A stretch of DNA of 64,000 nt from Leucoraja erinacea (taxonomy: Eukaryota): NCBI RefSeq assembly GCF_028641065.1, contig NC_073381.1:31124001-31188000 (forward strand). Direction: 5' to 3'. The translations under genes were made by a program, and so were the position numbers. The notes beneath the pieces are model-generated. The model worked only from the letters and a program-made list of their open reading frames with translations, had not been told where the DNA came from and ran no database searches. Shown in pieces: positions 62,130 to 64,000 of the stretch (position 1 is its first letter; each line of letters begins with the position of its first letter).

Positions 62130-62358
62130 TAGAAACATAGAAACATTAGGTGCAGGAGTAGGCCATTCGGCCCTTCGAGCCTGCACCGCCATTCAATATG
62201 ATCATGGCTGATCATCCAACTCAGTATTCCGTACCTGCCTTCTCTCCATACCCCCTGATCCCCTTAGCCACAAGGGCCACATCTAACTCCCTCTTAAATA
62301 TAGCCAATGAACTGGCCTCAACTACCCTCTGTGGCAGAGAGTTCCAGAGATTCACCAC
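62130..62358 (-). mobile_element. CR1 3' end
   Basis: agaaacat tail; VVNLWNSLPQRVVEA. Confidence 0.9.
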
Positions 62359-62444
62359 ATAAAGAAACACATTATCTTTAAAAATGCTTTTCCTTTTTGA
62401 ATGATCCAATGAAAGAAATCGCAAGGCGTCAGTGTTGTTTCGGC

Positions 62445-63580
62445 TGTTGTAATAACTGAAGCCTTACACCATGATGAAGGTCCAAAGAGTTTATTAACGA
62501 CATAGCATATATAACTTCATGCTAGCGCATCTTTCTAATTCTAAAAGGAACAGGCAGGGAGGACTACTGTAAAAGTAAGTGAGTGTAACTATCAAAGCAT
62601 GACTCAACATGAGTGACACTGATCTACATCCTCCCTCTTAAAGAATCAATAACATGTCAAACACATTAACTAAGTAAGGCATGCATAGCAATTGATAATA
62701 AACTGGAGGAAAGTCAAACATAGTCCAGGTACTTCACAACCGGTCTACAAACACGACCAGCACGTGTACGATAGAGACCATCTCCATTCTTTCCTCCCAG
62801 TGAGAGGGCAGGTGACTTCACAGGCGAGGCAGACTAGACCAGCATTCCTGGAGACGAAGCAGGAGACTGTGGCGCAGGCGAAGAAGTCACGGGAAGAGGA
62901 GCCGTTGCAGACATGGATTGTTGTGCTGGTAGAGGCATAGGAACGCCGCTAGACTGGATAATATGGAGGAAGAACTAGTTCGTTCACAGGCAGGATATGT
63001 TGTCTGTTACGCCTGTAGGTGCCGCCATCAGCACTGACGATATACGAGCGTGGCTCTGAGGCAATTTCAGAAATCACTACGGTCATGGCCTTGGTCAGTC
63101 TGTGAACAGACCACCTGCCCCTTGGTCAGTGGTGGCAGTGGCCTACTTGTTTTGTCAAACCATTGTTTTTGAATGTCATACTTCTGTTGCAACCTGGAGT
63201 GAACCTCCTCAGATAGAATCACGTGGGATTAATGCCTGATCCGCTACAGGCACTGTGGCAAGGGTCTGCCTTGACAATAAATGTTGAGCGGGTGAGCCCC
63301 AGATGGGGTCACGGGAGATGATGCGCAAGTTGAGCAGATCCAAGAATACATCGGATTTAGCTCTGTATGAACGTTCCATGAGCTGCTTAGCACTTTTGAC
63401 AGCTCGTTCAGCCAGCCCATTAGACTGAATATTCAGGGCTGCTGGTGATGTGGCGCAAATTCCATTGTCCTTAAAGTGTCCTTGAAAATTCCAAACTCTT
63501 TGAAGTGTTGGCTGGTGAATTGACTGCCATCGTCAGTTAGCAATCTGCCCGGAGATCCGTGGACTAGGAAGTGGCGAGAT
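62445..63580 (-). mobile_element. Gypsy LTR retrotransposon 3' part (integrase, PPT, 3' LTR 62445-62628)
   Basis: Minus strand [36 protein letters not shown]...TYRRNRQHI. PPT taagagggagga directly before TGTAGA...ACAACA, with AATAAA inside the LTR. Confidence 0.85.
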
Positions 63581-63584
63581 AACC

Positions 63585-64000
63585 GATAACCGCTCATATG
63601 TCAGGCTGTTATTCATCGATTATAGTTCGGCATTTAACACAATCATCCCCTCCAAGCTGGTTACCAAACTCGCAGAACTGGGTCTCTGTGCATCCCTCTG
63701 CAATTGGATCCTCGACTTCCTCATTCACAGACCACAGTCTGTTCATATTGGTGGAAATGTGTCAGCCTCGATAACAATCAGCACGGGAGCACCCCAAGGC
63801 TGCGTGCTCAGCCCCCTGCTGTACTCACTCTATACTCATGACTGTGTAGCCGGTCACAGTGTGAACTCCAACATCAAGTTTGCTGACGACACCACTGTTG
63901 TGGGACGTATCACTGATGGGGATGAGTCAGAGTATAGAAGAGAGATCGAGCAACTGTCCATATGATGCCAGCACAATAACCTGGCCCTCAACACCAGCAA
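63585..64000 (+). mobile_element. Rex1/Babar RT fragment, runs off the window
   Basis: [18 protein letters not shown]...[18 protein letters not shown]...KFADD. Confidence 0.9.

Overview
Eukaryotic, TE-rich vertebrate DNA. The repeat repertoire (CR1-type LINEs with 8-mer tails, V-domain HE1-like SINEs, Penelope, Rex1/Babar, Tc1) points to a cartilaginous fish, probably a skate or ray (inference). There is one host gene, a complete three-exon TRIB2 (Tribbles pseudokinase 2) on the + strand: CDS 26509-26781, 27210-27502, 37454-37928, 346 aa. It has a CpG-rich TATA-less promoter near 25150-25400, a long uORF-containing leader and a ~2.6 kb TE-free 3' UTR. The rest is layered mobile DNA: CR1 copies, an uninterrupted Rex1/Babar RT, L1 3' ends, Penelope fragments with hammerhead-like cores, two IR/DR Tc1 elements, Tc1/mariner and PIF/Harbinger MITEs, a composite non-autonomous Helitron and a Gypsy 3' end. 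The most unusual signals are (1) a family of GC-rich non-coding retroposons that share hairpin architecture more than sequence and carry LINE-type 3' tails, (2) a tRNA(CAT)-like cloverleaf inside a DNA-transposon MITE, (3) a Helitron with three 5' ends, and (4) a splice-donor cluster and uORFs in the TRIB2 leader. All family assignments come from motif recognition by eye; no database search was run.
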